Part shown: positions 27,901-41,500 of the stretch, in pieces
Layout of the letters: the number at the start of each line of letters is the position of its first letter
Position numbering within the stretch: position 1 is the stretch's first letter
Assembly: GCA_048128005.1 (NCBI GenBank)
Contig: JBEUKZ010000126.1
Span: forward strand, 62,001-126,000
Length of the DNA stretch: 64,000 nucleotides
DNA from: Veleropilina oligotropha
Lineage: Eukaryota
Direction: 5' to 3'
Position numbers and translations under genes: made by a program
Notes under the pieces: model-generated
What the model was told of the DNA's origin: nothing
The model's input: only the letters and a program-made list of their open reading frames with translations
The model's database searches: none

Positions 27901-30900
27901 ATAAAACCCCTTTAAAAATACATACCGTCGAACCTTCCCATGCGACCACCTGTATTAAGCGACCGACCACCTCTCATAAGCGACCACCTGTATTAAGCGA
28001 CCACCTCTTTTAAGCGACCACTTTGTATCCCCCCCCCCCCCCCCCCCCGAGACGATTTACTATATATTTTAACTGTATTAAGCGACCATCTTTCATACGT
28101 GACCAGCAACCACCCAAAGGAGACCCCAAAACCTGATGTAACCTGTATTAAGCGACCGCAGCTTTTATGTTTTTAATTTTCTGCCATTTTGTTTGCATTT
28201 GCGCCGTTGCGTAAAGGGAGATAATTTGGCACGGTATGAAATAAAGAGATCTTGCGCATTGTTTTATTTTAAATATCTGATCCATCATTATAATCTTTTA
28301 TCTGTAAATGCATAAAATACGTCTATTTAACAAAGATTATTTATAAAATATATCAGTACATTGTATCTACACATGTAGGCTTATGCGTTAAACCAGGTTC
28401 ATTCTAGTCTAGATTCTTAAGCAAGTCGAGGCGGAGGGTAAATAATGACTCACCTACTGTAATTTTGTACCTATTACAGTTAGTAACTGTTAAGTATGGG
28501 ATAATAACGTCATACCTATTATCACAAACTCCTTTCATCCAGACACACACTACAAATCACGATTGAACAGTGCTGATTAAGTCAATCCAAGCGCACTATT
28601 ATTCTTGAACTGGTATTGTTATACATATACTTGTAATGATAAATCACACGACCTTATCACCTCATAATATATACATTTATATACGGGAGGTCAATTATGA
28701 GCGACCTTGTATTAAGGGACCACCTGTCTTAAGGGGCCAATTTTTCGGGATCTCTCGAGTGGTCCCTTAACTCTTAGCATGCTAAGGAACACAATGGATA
28801 GCTCATTAACTATTGCTATGTGAGTGCATTGCATAACAATGGCAGGGCAGGATTTCCTGCCGCCAGCAGGCAAAGAGTTAATACAGGTTTGACTGTATGT
28901 GCTGGGATTGTCACGTTTGATATTATGCCTACTGTTTGATTTTATGCCTACTGTTTGATTTGCTGATACTTGAAAAAGTTATCGATTGAGGGTAGGGCAT
29001 TCTACCGTACCAAATGCCCTCCTGTTATTTATACAGGATATAACGAGTCAACAAAATTAATTATGGTTTGACCCGCAACATTTGTCACATTTGTACTAAA
29101 CAAATTAATATATCATTGTATATTATATTTCATCAAGTGACCAACCACTGTTGATCAGACTTTGGTATCATATATCACCAAAAATCAGCTGCCATATTTG
29201 TCACACAAATACTGAGAACAATCAGTGATGGTTTCTTTCTCTGTAATGGCCATGTATATTGTACGCTTGCGCTTTGTTATTCGATCTGCAGTCAATATAG
29301 TATGTGCCAAATGAACAGTGTGGCGGATAGTCTTCTGAACATAAAACAGCTTCGTGTTGACCCGCAACTGTAAGAAGCAGTCAGAGCCAAGCAGTGGAAG
29401 ACTCTAGGGCTCAATTAGTTTTGTATATTTGTCCTGCGTTGTAGACTGTCAGACACCAGGGACTCGATACCAATTAATGAATGTCCTCATTATTTCTGCT
29501 ATATGAATATCAGGAATGCACAAACATCATCTTATGGCTTCAAAAGAATGACGCATAGAGACAGCGATATACCAGTACATGGTAAATAATGTACATAGCT
29601 CTGATATGCACAATGTGAATATAAGTCAAAAATATATTTTGTTTATTCAAATAATTACGTATAAATAAAAATGAATAATGTTACATAAATACATACGTAA
29701 CAAGTAGAGATCCATGTTACAGACAGGCACTAGCTATTTCATGAAATTCGTTTACCATTCCTTCACAATATTCCACAAATCACATTTGATTACATTTATT
29801 ACACTGATATTATTACAAGTCCACCATTGATACCATTGCAAACACAATAACATGAAATTATCAAATAATGTGTAAATTCAGTCAGATATCAGGAGTGAAG
29901 ACATCTTGCATCATGCCAAAGATTTAATTTGAATACATGATTGAATAATTAAATATTTGTATTAATATTCAAAAGATTTGTGTCGATGCTCTATATCCTA
30001 TTGTAACACCCTTCAATGACAAACCAGAACATGTCCATATTATCGAGGAAATATCCGGTCGCCCGGTAACACCTGCCCTCATATGACAGACTGTAACTGC
30101 ACCAAATTTCCAGGCGAGGATTCAAACTCAATCCTCTGAATGGAAGCATTCATGCGAGTGAGCAGGTTTTGACTTTTTTGTAAGTTCAAAGATCACTGTT
30201 GAACATTATTTGGTTACATCACAACCGGGAACCTTGATTTTACGTCTATTTCCGATCAGATGTGCATTGTTTGCAATGGAGGCAGTGTGTTATTGGAAAA
30301 AATTGTAGGCGCCCACGGGATACTCGATAGGACCATCAACCCTTGGCTTAGCAGGCTGGCGTTGTATCAAGGTCACGCCCCTGCGAGTGAATTAGAAGCC
30401 TCACTATTATCATTAACACCGGGTGACCCAGTTTTCATCACGCCAAAAAAACCCATCTGATCACAAGCAGATAAAGGGTTACAAGGTAATGCAAATTAAA
30501 CAAGGCAATCCGAGATTGCAAACCTTTGCCCCGGTGGCAAGGAATGGTGAAAGCTAAAAATCTTTGCGAATAATTTTTTGTATGGCGAATCGTTCTAGCT
30601 CTAGAGCCGAAAATCTGCAAACCAGAAATTGCGTCATAAAATCCGGATCCACTTTCTGACTCCGATTATCTTTATGGAGGGCCAAGCCTAATTACGTGTC
30701 AAAAAGTTAGTAAATTGGATCAATGGTCATTCAGGTAAAGCCGAAAATCCGCAAACCGGAAATTGCGTTATAAAATCCGGATCCGCTTTCCGATTCCAAT
30801 CATCTTTGAGGAGGACTGATCCTAGGGTGGACCCTATCACGTGTCAACAAATTGAGTAAATCGGATCAATAGATAAACTGACCCAATTGCTATACCTAAT

Positions 30901-33900
30901 CTCCCACCACTACGTGGGTAAAGGTAATAAATCAACAACAGTATTAATAGTTATAGAATACATGTAGTTACACTAACATCATACAAAATCAAATTATGCC
31001 CAAAAGGTATTTCCACAGCTATTGGGCAAGTTCTTAGATTAGTACACAAGCCATCTATCAGAGAACTCTGTTATCGAACGAACTATTGATCCCATACAGA
31101 GGCTTGTTCGCAGAAGATGAACAAGATTTTTCTAATGAAGCAATGCTCGGATAACGAATTTACTGAAAATCTCTCCTTTTATTAAAAAAGCATCAATTCT
31201 TATTCATCATACATAAACTCATGCAGTGATTATATAAAACACATATAATGAACTGAAACCTTTTAAAACTATAAAAATTCTCAAAAACTAATTTGTTATC
31301 ATAGGATGAAAAATATTGCTTTTAAATTATTGATTCATGCTAGATTAATGACATTGCGCAATCCTTCTGGCAAGTCTTTGAGCACAAGATTTTCATTTGT
31401 CACGTCTGGCTTAACCGTTTCAAGTGCAAAGAAATCAATGACTGCCTGATTGTTCGGTAAAATGAGTCAGTAATTTATACGTTACATTAACGAACATCTA
31501 ATAATATAGTTAAATGACCTCAGACGATGAGTGTTCTTTGCATTTTCTATTGCTATTTGACAAGATTTCTTGTAATATTTTACACCATTCCTTCACAATA
31601 CCGTGGTCAATATAATGTGCAAGTCATAATTTAGATTTCACTAGCTTTTTTATCCCATGCTCCGCATAGTAAAATATTTGCTTCATTTTTATCGTTTCTC
31701 CAATATTCTATTATAACGCTGTTGTCGGTTTACGGTTTACGACATACCTTATATCGCGTGATAGTCTGTAGCTTTAACCGTGCTTCATGTTGGGGTTTTC
31801 TCTAATGGTCAAACTACATTTGTTTGTGACATAATAATTTGCGCCCTCTGTCGTGAATAATTAAGTACATTCTTATTCATCATACTGCAGTTACTTTCCT
31901 TATATTACGTGAAAGTCATGTGATCCGATTTGTCAGTAGATAGTACCTGCACCCAGTGAAACCAAGAATGGAAGCTCCCCTTATTTTTGGCGAATTAGAC
32001 CAAAATGTAAATTGTAGTTTTTTTTTTTTTTCCTGTTGGCACACTCGTCAAGTTGACACCAAGATGGCAAAGATCTGTCTCTCGGTGATGGAGAAAATTC
32101 GGCTTAAAGAAACAACAACTGCATATTTATATATAAAATTTCAATCATTTATAGTGACAACCACATTCTCACAATTTTAAGTCATATTGATGTCCGTCGG
32201 AACCATGGTTTTGTGTATTGATCAACCTATTCAAAGACAGTAATGACCCGGTTTATAAGCCACATTCTATTATATTTATGTCTTAGAAAAAGTCATTCTG
32301 CAACAAGTCATGAACCCTGCTCGGGAGAATTTGTGGATTTCATAGTCGTGGTGGTTTGTCCATCACTGATTGGGATGGGCAGAGCTTCAGTGGTCTGTCC
32401 ATCACTGATTGGGATGGGCGGAGCTTCAGTGGTCTGTCCATCACTGATCGGGATGGGTGGAGCTTCAATGGTCTGTCCATCACTGATCGGGATGGGCGGA
32501 GCTTCAGTGGTCTGTCCATCACTGATCGGGATGGGCGGAGCTTCAATGGTCTGTCCATCACTGATCAGGATGGGCGGAGCTTCAGTGGTCTGTCCATCAC
32601 TGATCGGGATGGGTGGAGCTTCAATGGTCTGTCCATCACTGATCGGGATGGGCGGAGCTTCAGTGGTCTGTCCATCACTGATTGGGATGGGCGGAGCTTC
32701 AGTGGTCTGTCCATCACTGATCGGGATGGGTGGAGCTTCAATGGTCTGTCCATCACTGATCAGGATGGGCGGAGCTTCAATGGTCTGTCCATCACTGATC
32801 AGGATGGGCGGAGCTTCAATGGTCTGTCCATCACTGATCTGGATGGGCAGAGCTTCAGTGGTCTGTCCATCACTGATCATGATGGGTAGAGCTTCAGTGG
32901 TCTGTCCATCACTGATCAGGATGGGTGGATCTTCAGTGGTCTGTCCATCACTGATCAGGATGGGCGGAGCTTCAGTGGTCTGTCCATCACTGATCGGGAT
33001 GGGTGGAGCTTCAATGGTCTGTCCATCACTGATCGGGATGGGTGGAGCTTCAATGGTCTGTCCATCACTGATCGGGATGGGTGGAGCTTCAATGGTCTGT
33101 CCATCACTGATCAGGATGGGCGGAGCTTCAGTGGTCTGTCCATCACTGATCGGGATGGGTGGAGCTTCAATGGTCTGTCCATCACTGATCAGGATGGGTA
33201 GAGCTTCAATGGTCTGTCCATCACTGATCAGGATGGGTGGAGCTTCAGTGGTCTGTCCATCACTGATCTGGATGGGTAGAGCTTCAGTGGTCTGTTCATC
33301 ACTGATCTGGATGGGTAGAGCTTCAGTGGTCAGGACGGGCTGAGCTTCAGTGGTCTGTCCATCACTGATCGGGATGGGTGGAGCTTCATGTGTGGCCAGG
33401 ATTATCTGACATGTTAAAATGTATTAGTCCTGATATGACCCTAAAGGGATTAAGCATCAATCCATCCCAAAACTAACTTATGAGTGTAAAGTATTTTTGC
33501 TTGCCAATCACCCAACAAAACTTTATGAAGAATGCTTTCTAGTTTAAAGAGATAAACGGTTTTAAAACCTATTGACATAAAATCATAAAGAAGAATGTCA
33601 AATTCTTTGTTGAATTACCTTAATCAGATTTCTGTGATCCGCGGGTAGGGCGTCCATGCTGCCATGGTAATGAAGATGGATTCTCATTGGCTGACTGATG
33701 CTCCGCCTCTTAATGACATGTTCTGGTTCCAGATGGACACCATGTACAACCTAGAGGTATGCAGTGAAACACAGAATCAAAATTGATGGTTTATGGTCTT
33801 GTTCATCTACGTTCATCACAATTTACTCCCTTGTTCTAGGCCTGTTTGATATGTGATTCCATCTCAACTCAACAGAATAAACAAGCAAGCTAGGAACAAT

Positions 33901-35027
33901 CAAATTCAATTAGCAACATTTACAATGGCAAAAACCGATAACAATTTCATATTTTGGGCGCGTCTTGATTATTGCAATATGAAGAAGCATACTTGAGCCT
34001 TGTTATGCATCGTATTAATGAGTACTGTAAAACCCTATATTGTAGCGTGCCTTTTATTTTCGCGAGTTTCGCGTACCTAATATTATCGCGAAAATAAAAG
34101 GCTGCGAAACATTTCATGGAATAAAGCTCAATTAACATATGGATTAAAAATCGCTAATTTACAAGGCCGCTAATATACATGTGAAATCGATAAATATGCG
34201 AAATCGATAAATTTTATGTCTGCTAAAATATAGGGGTTTACAGTATATGAAATATTTACGTGACATTAATATCGCTATCTGAATTCACTGTACAAAAAAA
34301 CTTTCACAATATTTGTGAGTTTTTCTAAAAAATAAAATATTATAAAAGTAAAAACACATAATATTTACAAACTTTTTAATTTTTATTGACACTTTATTTG
34401 GATTTATTTATTTGACAATGTCACATGTAGATACTATATGTGATTGTAAATGTACACACACACATATTTTACATTCAGCATAGCTTATCGATTATGATGC
34501 TGACACTAGGTATCTGAGTTTGATTTGCGGAGAATTTTGTTACATGAAAATGTAGTATCAATTGCACACAACATCCGTCTATTGGATAGAGATGTTAAAC
34601 CAGGATCCTGAGTCACTAGAGACACTAATGAAAATTGCTAAAATATGGTTGTAAAACCAAACTGATTCAAATCAAATATTCATCTTAACACGAGGCAAAT
34701 ATTATATATGTTCAGATAAATATTTGAGAACAAAAAGAAGAGTGTTAAATATACTTATAATTAAACATTCGTAAAAAGTCTGATAAAGTTTATGTTGGCA
34801 AGACAAGATGAATTCCAACATAATGATAACGGTTTCAGTGAGTCAAACAATGAAATTTGTCACTCAACACAATGGAACAGGGGCTCTTGCAAATAACAAT
34901 CACCAACCACTATTGTTTCACTCACCTCGTGGGGTCGTGGAACACGATGATTGCAGTCCAGTGACCCGATTGTCGCGTGGGCATTCACAAGAAGAAGAAA
35001 GCACGCTACCTTCCACGGCTTAGCCAT
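7592..35027 (-). CDS. LMLN: Leishmanolysin-like peptidase / invadolysin (peptidase M8), complete, 17 exons, 650 aa
   Basis: Exons assembled by hand, all GT-AG with consistent phases: 34926-35027, 33619-33750, 24410-24492, 23670-23781, 22446-22618, 22005-22104, 21106-21203, 20669-20786, 18488-18595, 18114-18190, 17519-17629, 15628-15760, 13755-13844, 12647-12716, 12140-12270, 8071-8226, 7592-7750 (sum 1953 nt). Motifs: signal peptide [33 protein letters not shown], zinc-binding [50 protein letters not shown], and a hydrophobic GPI-signal-like C-terminus. Confidence 0.95.
8290..8537. repeat. Minisatellite, 27-bp unit ACAAATATATTGTAGATGTAAATAATT, about 9 copies
   Basis: Near-perfect tandem array in LMLN intron 15. 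Confidence 0.95.
9426..11993. mobile_element. Probable non-autonomous DNA transposon with a second element (about 10346-11576) nested inside
   Basis: Outer ends carry inverted GGTATCCC/GGGATACC subterminal motifs and a flanking direct repeat ATGGATATC. Inner element has imperfect TIRs CAGATCTGTCAA ... TTGACGACTCTG flanked by AGTATG. Exact ends ambiguous. Confidence 0.5.
13100..13555. repeat. Interspersed repeat with a terminal hairpin; second copy at about 38520-38992
   Basis: Shared sequence CGACGT.TGATTGGTCAAAATGAC.TCACGTGGAGTTTGG ... GTTACCCTG ... CAGG.TAACGT at both loci. Confidence 0.75.
13935..14368. mobile_element. hAT-like non-autonomous element with TTTCCCTGAC subterminal repeats
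   Basis: Perfect TIR CAGGGTTGCCACT ... AGTGGCAACCCTG. Contains part of the element also seen at 44442-44873. No clean TSD. Confidence 0.7.
17165..17426 (+). mobile_element. tRNA-derived SINE, family A, full length
   Basis: A box CGGCAGCGCAGTGG, B box GGTTCAATACC, central GGGTTTACCCGGGCGACC.GGTTTCCTCCC (V/Meta-domain-like), CCTC tail, 14-bp TSD TGTATTCAGGATCC (17151-17164 / 17427-17440). Confidence 0.9.
21734..21995 (-). mobile_element. Non-autonomous Helitron
   Basis: Minus strand starts TC after an A and ends with hairpin CCCGGCGAAGACGGG, then CTAG, before a T. Internal (TG)n. Confidence 0.7.
22843..22968. mobile_element. Short foldback (palindromic) element between TTAA sites
   Basis: Arms TAAACTACTGGATAGCGTTGAATAGTTCAGAGAA / TTCTCTGAACTATTCAACGCTATCCAGTAGTTTA are perfect reverse complements. 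Confidence 0.7.
25378..25428 (-). ncRNA. Minimal hammerhead-ribozyme-like motif with a G3-C8 variant core
   Basis: GTGATCAA-GACTACT-atttg-AGTAGTC-GAAAC-GTC. Stem II is 7 bp, stem III is the palindromic minimal type, stem I is weak. Confidence 0.6.
26414..26463 (+). ncRNA. Second (inverted) copy of the hammerhead-like motif
   Basis: GTGATCAA-GACTACT-agctg-AGTAGTT-GAAAC-GTC. Confidence 0.55.
27925..28895. mobile_element. Tc1/mariner (pogo-like) non-autonomous element with TAAGCGACCA subterminal repeats
   Basis: TA-flanked ends CCGTCGAACC ... GGTTTGACTG. Its right end is interrupted by a TTAA element. Confidence 0.7.
28771..28877. mobile_element. 107-bp piggyBac-like MITE
   Basis: TTAA-CTCTTAGCATGCT ... 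AGCAGGCAAAGAG-TTAA, with TTAA duplicated. Confidence 0.7.
30497..30929 (-). mobile_element. Helentron-associated (HINE/DINE-1-like) non-autonomous element; same family as 59973-60299
   Basis: 5' TTACCTT..CCCAC.TAGTGGTGGG hairpin, two internal core repeats, 3' stem-loop GCAATC.CGGATTGC. Confidence 0.6.
32348..33388. repeat. Minisatellite, 39-bp unit (GTGGTCTGTCCATCACTGATCGGGATGGGCGGAGCTTCA), about 26 copies
   Basis: Tandem array in LMLN intron 2; explains the 366-aa ORF 32243-33343. Confidence 0.95.
34025..34243. mobile_element. Tc1/mariner-type MITE
   Basis: TA-CTGTAAAACCCTATATT ... AATATAGGGGTTTACAG-TA. Confidence 0.75.
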
Positions 35028-35569
35028 GACACATCGCGTCTAGCCGTTACGAGCTAACGGTGAAATTGATTCAATGATTGGTGATTCACACATTAGCCAA
35101 GTAGCAAGGTGCGCTTAATTGATTACAGATTACATAAAAATTACTTTCTAAATATCCGCAAATATAGATAACACTTAGACGATATATTGCGCCATTTTTT
35201 CACCGGTTTATATATCTCAGCTCAAGCGCAGAGTCAAATGGTACAAAATAGACAGAACGTTAGACTGCAAAGCGTCGGATTTCTTTCTCTCAAAATATAA
35301 CATTACGCTAAAAATAGAATATTGCATTCGTTTGACTCTGCGAGACAAAGAACAAAAATCGTAAGTTCTGCTATCAAATTTTGTAGATAGTCACATTATT
35401 GATTATATAGATGAATTATTTAAATGAAATATTATAATTTTGATATCAATTGTTTATAATTTCAGCTAAGAGAAAATATTGTAATATGTTTATCTGATAC
35501 CAATAAAACCCAGTAAAGGTCAGAGTTGAGGAAGTCACATGGCGTTGAAACAATCACATGATCAACAAA
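35028..35569. promoter_or_regulatory. Putative bidirectional promoter region between LMLN and MANBA
   Basis: Divergent start codons at 35027 (-) and 35570 (+), 542 bp apart, no obvious repeat in between. Promoter activity is inferred. Confidence 0.65.
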
Positions 35570-38500
35570 ATGGTGAAAGGCACGTTGGTTTGTTGTTTAT
35601 TTTCGGTCTGTTCTGGGTTGCTTGTTTTTGCCGCCGATCATCACATAATCGACTTGACAGGATTTCCGTGGAGAGTGAAAAATGCAAGACGAGGTTAGTG
35701 CAACATTTTACTTCATCAAGTTTATACCAAGGAATGATTACATAAAAATATTTACTAATTTATTGAACAGTGAATATTAACTTAAATTATGATTCCGATT
35801 CAGGTTTATTTATTCTTAATTTAACATCGTGATTCGTATATAAAATGTGCTCTGTGATTGGAGCACGTATTTTACTCCAGATGTGGACATCATGACTAAG
35901 ATGTCTACTTTATTTCCTTGTTTACTTTTCTATTTCCGCGAACTAATTCACATTTAAGTTATTATTAAAATTTAGTATTTTTTCATCAAATTTGGGACTT
36001 TTGTATGATATCAAATAGGCTAAACAAGTTGCTGTTTTTGCAACTCCACAAACACAAAAATATAGTACCATTACAGATTTAGTCATTGAATCAATATTTA
36101 CATAAAGTAATTCAATCCTATCATAATCTTGATACCGGTACTCTATCATAATTTTGATAAAGTTTTGTTCTCTGTCTCATCTGGTAAAATGGTCAGAGGA
36201 TTGGCAAATGCTTTTTAACACCAGAAAATGTAAGGTATTGCATGCGGGTTATAACAACAACACTTATAATTATAAAATGGGTTCAGATACCTTGGAAGTA
36301 GTAACAAAAGAGAAAGATTTGGGTGTATGGGTGGACAAGACGTTTAAACCATCAAATTAATGTGCAGAATCAGCTAAAAAGGGAGAGCAAATATTGGGAA
36401 TGATAAAGAGAAACTTTAATTTTAAATCTAGAGTGATCATAGCATGCCTATACAAGCAAATGGTTAGACCGCATTTAGAATATGCAGTGCAAGCATGGAG
36501 CCCGTATCTTGCAAAGGATATCAAAATTCTTGAACAAGTACAAAGAAGAGCCACAAAATTGATAGGCGAAGTGAGAGAATTACCTTATGAGGATACACTA
36601 AGAAGGAAGGAAGAATTATGCTTAATGTCCTGTATATTTATAACATCGAGGTTCAAGGCAGGACATGTCCGTGTTATCGCGGGAGGAAACCCCGGTCTCC
36701 GGGTAAACCCGCCCTCTTCGGCCAGTCACGGACAACTGTGCTTCATAATTTGAACAACTGTGTGCTGCCTCAGCCGGGGTCGATCCCACTACTGTTCGCG
36801 TCAGCGGAAACAAGCCAGTGAATTTAGAGTGGACACTCTACCCACTGCGCTACCGAAGCGGCCACGATACACTAAGAGCACTTAACCTCACAACATTGTC
36901 TTTGAGAAGGATATGGGTTGATATGATTCAGGTATTTAAAATGTTTACAGGAATTGACAATGTTGACAGTACTTTCTTTTTTCAGATGAACCAAAGATCT
37001 ACCAGGGGGCCATAAATACAAAGTTTACAAAAAAGATTCCGACTAGACGTTAAAAAAAAAACTTTTTCTCAAATCGGGTTGTCGATGAATGGAACGGTCT
37101 TCCTAGTAATGTAGTAGAATCAACATCTGTAAACCAATTTAAAAACCGCATAGATGATTATTTTAAGAAACAGGGCAGGTTATAGATGACCAGAAACGAC
37201 AATGGGTTTTAATATGAGTGGCAGTAATGCGCTTCCTAAACCCAAACAAATTCTATTTAAATATATTTAAATCATCTTCACAGATGTTGTAAATATGATC
37301 TGCAACAAAATAAAGATTGTAAATGTAAAACCAGTAAAGTAACACATTTATTAGACTTTGTAGATCCTATTTATATTAATGTGTTCGTTGATATGTGCGC
37401 CAATCACATGGGAAACAATTATATTGATCAGATGAAACCAATAAATAAATACAGTCATGCATTGCAATAATCAGATTGTGGCTCCACCAATCAAGATATT
37501 TACTTTGCTTGTAGCTCACCAAATATTTCTTGTAGGGATTAACTTCACGGCCCCTGTCCCGGGCAGTGTTTACTCAGCCCTTATTGATGCCCAGCTGATC
37601 ATTGACCCCTACTACAGGGATGCCGACTCTCTCCTCAAATGGATCGGTGAAGAAGATTGGACGTATGACACATATCTATTCTGTGAGTACAGAATTATAA
37701 TTTACAGAACTTTTTGAAAGAGAATGTTGTGTTTTACAGATGAGCCATATTGCTCATATTGTATGAATAACTCTTATTACCAATGTGATGAGAGTCCTTA
37801 CGTCATAAAATATTAAAATTCCTTCAGGGATGGATTGTGAGCACCCTGAACAATGAAGGCAGAGGGTTCAATCCCTGCTTTCACCCAAGAAATTTTGTGC
37901 TAATGTTGGTGCATGCATTCAAGACCATTTATAGTTTAGAGCATCTGGGCAGCAATGTATCTATAAATTAATGGCAGTGTTTGGGTCTTGGGATGTGGCT
38001 ATTTTAATAATTTTTCTGTCATATTATTTGGTAAAGTTCTCCCGTTTCTATTCGAAAAGTGTGACCTATGGGCCATATATTTATATTGTCTATTATTTTA
38101 AGTGGCAATTTGGGACCACTTCTGAATATTGAATGTGATTGAATATATATTAACATCACATATTAATATTATATCTAAACCAATTTGAATTTGCGAATAT
38201 ACATTTGTACATTACAAAGTATCTATTTAAATTAATACACTAAATATCTTTTGTCCCATTTAGTGTCACCGTTTGACTATGATCTCTACACTCATCTCAG
38301 CAGCACGTTGTTGGTGTGTGATGGTCTGGATACCATAGCGGAAATCTTCTTTAATGGAAAATCTGCCGGAACAACGGACAACATGTTCCGTCGATATACC
38401 CTGAATGTTAAACATCTACTAAAGGTTTGATTTTGGTATATAAGTAGTACAATGAACATTATTTCATTATTTGTAGTTATTGTCAGAATATAATATATGA

Positions 38501-41500
38501 TATTTGTGTTGACATCACAAAATGTTGACAACAGTCAATTATTTTCATTTCGAAATCAGCGACGTTTGATTGGTCAAAATGACATCACGTGGAGTTTGGT
38601 AAATACCCATCTCGACGTTTTCTTATCAAACTGCGCATCATCTGCTAGACGTAATTTGCTTCTGCGGGATATAATCAAGTGTATGTAAGTATTTCTTTGA
38701 GATTCAATCATATACATGAATGTATATGACTAAACTATTCCTCAGCTTTTCAAATATCCAGGTTATTTTGCGCTTAGAATAACCCGTAAGGTGCAATTCA
38801 ACATGACGTTATTCATTGCTTAGTCATTGTTCAGCATTGACAGGCATATAAAGTTAGATAGTTTTAAAATGAAATGAAAATAAAAATGTTACCCTGTGTC
38901 ATCTCGTTTGAGACCTACGTTTATCATGTTCGCTATGATAAACGTCACAGGATAAACGTACGTCTCAAACTCGCCACCCCAGGGTAACGTATATTATCAA
39001 TATATTGCCGTCCAGCTATATATTTAACAAAATCATTTAATGTATGAATGGGAATAATTTTCATCTTGTTGAATATTTGATAACAAGATTAATACCTTTT
39101 ATATATCTATTTCGTGTATCCGATGTATATAATTCCGAATTTACTGATTTATATTTTCATAATTTTCTTTGTTTCTATTACAGCTTGGCAACAATAGCAT
39201 AAGGATCAACTTCACATCCCCCGTAAAGGCTGCAGCGTCTTATACATCGAAGAGTTCCTATATCATACCGCCTGAGTGCCCTTCATTAGTTCAGCATGGC
39301 GAGTGCCATGTTAACCAGATTCGGAAGTCGCAATGTTCCTTCAGCTGGGACTGGGGGCCTTCATTCCCCACCTTAGGAATATGGTAAACACTATGTCTTG
39401 TGTTATCATGTGCATGTAATAATTAATTTGGTTTGACTACTACATAAACAATGGACAAAATATATACAATGTATCAAGATAAGTCTTAATTATTATCTTA
39501 TCAATTTACCAGCATGCCTCTAAATATGGTATGGAAAACAATGATTGATTAATCCAAAATATTACTGAAATGTGCATGATGAAGCTTCATTGAAATAATG
39601 ATGCAGATCGATTCTTTATGGACATGGCGATAAATTGATAATAACTAGATTTAAGACTGCCTGATATACCTTAGTCGCTTGTTGATAGAGCACAAAGTTA
39701 AAAAATGAACTAAACCATTATATGCATGTTTTACTAAAAACAATGATGTATTTGTACGTAATAATAATTGGAGAAAAATGCATCTAAAATGAAGTTTTTT
39801 TTATAAATGTTCAGTGAATTATGCCATTTAGTAACTCGACTGCATTGCAACAATCAATTTTCCTACAGCTCTAGTTAGCTATACCAATTTTTATGCACCG
39901 AAGTTGGGTGGGGCATGTATATTGTTTGGAATGTCTGTCCATCTATCTGTCCGTTCATCTGACCTTCGGTGCAAAATAAGGCTGCACTGACTGCATGCAG
40001 CCTCTCTCTGGTTGGTGCGCATACAGCTGGCCTTGGATGATATCAGAGATGTGTGAGTTATGTTTAAGATGACACGCCTCGATGTATAGCATAATCAAAA
40101 CATTTATGACCACTGTCATTAGTTTCAATATGTAATTTTTTTATCTTCAGGAAGGACATTTATATACAAGGATTTAACACATGTGTAATCAGAGACTTAA
40201 CAGCGTGGACAGAAAAAGGTAATTTTTCCGATATATTTGCTGTACCTTAATTAAAAATCATAAAACAGCTGCTTAAAGTGGGCACGTACAGCTGATCGAT
40301 CGAGAATGCATATTGAGCGATAAGTTATTTTGGTCGAGAATGAACATACAAACAGCTGTATAATCAGCGACACTTATAGATTGAGGATATTCCCACCTAA
40401 AAATGCATCACATGGTATCTTGATGATTAACTGGTAGACACTGATTGCATTATTTCTAATTTTATTTTTTTTAAACTGTCAATGACAGCTCAACTGCTAG
40501 AGTATCAGAAATAGCATTATGTGGAACAGGAGGATATGGGTTCAATCCCTGCAGCTGCCGATGTTGCTTTATATTCAAAACATATAACTGAAGGATATGG
40601 CTTGAAAATCGGTTACCCATCCTTAGAAAGGAGAAGTTAAACCGAAATTCAGAATAGAGGCTCAACTAAAATATTGTTAAAATGTCACCGTATAACTAAA
40701 CTGATTCAAGTCAAATTAATCAAATGCAATTTTGCTAATTTCATGCAAAACTTTTATTAGAAATGAAGCTAATTCTTGTATTATGACCTTCAATGAATGA
40801 CTATGCTGCAGAAGGTATTGTATCCAAAATATGTGAAATATATAAATTATGATTTATTGTATTTAATGTCAGATCCATAAATTGTAAGAAACGGTGTGGT
40901 TTACCATTAATCAGTTTGTGAAGAACTGAAAATACAATGATCATTGATAGAACAATTTCTATTTCCATTTCTAGTTGACGACCAGTGGGTGATGTATGCT
41001 GACGTTTTTCTTCAAGTAGCCGAAGGTCACACGGCCGAGGGAAATGTCACAGTGTCATTTATTACGAGAATTTTGTACGACACAAAACAAGTTAGCTTAA
41101 CTGCAGTCGACAGCAAAGTCTCCTTCAAGTTCGTCATTCCGAAAGTGAGCGCATCTCCAATTTATTTATTTAAAATATATTAAGCCAGCTTCAATGCTGA
41201 ATACGAAGGGTTAGGAAGATAGTGTGTCATTATGACAGCTAATAAATAAATCGTTGTCCAGGAGTGTATTAGTCATTTAGCATTATCTCCCCTTGGCAAT
41301 GATCAACCAATCAGAACTATTCAATATTTGAATCTGAAATAATATGATGAAGTAACCACTTTTGGCTTTTACTCGTCGGGGTGTGTGCGCATGCAGTTAT
41401 TATATGTTGGATGATAACGCAGTTTTGAAACACTCAATAGATCTTGAGTTCACTACACTATCGCTATTAAAGTTTATTCCAATCTAGGGCTGATTTCACA

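Noticed and set aside
29185..29370. Possible extra LMLN exon in intron 2
   Set aside because: Exons 2 and 3 join in phase and match the family without it; the translations show no M8 similarity.
32243..33343. 366-aa ORF of [13 protein letters not shown] repeats
   Set aside because: Translation of a 39-bp (multiple of 3) intronic minisatellite that is open in several frames; no independent sign of coding.
35539..35745. ORF-track 68-aa ORF as MANBA exon 1
   Set aside because: Wrong frame; the signal-peptide frame starts at 35570 (or 35558) and splices in phase to exon 2.
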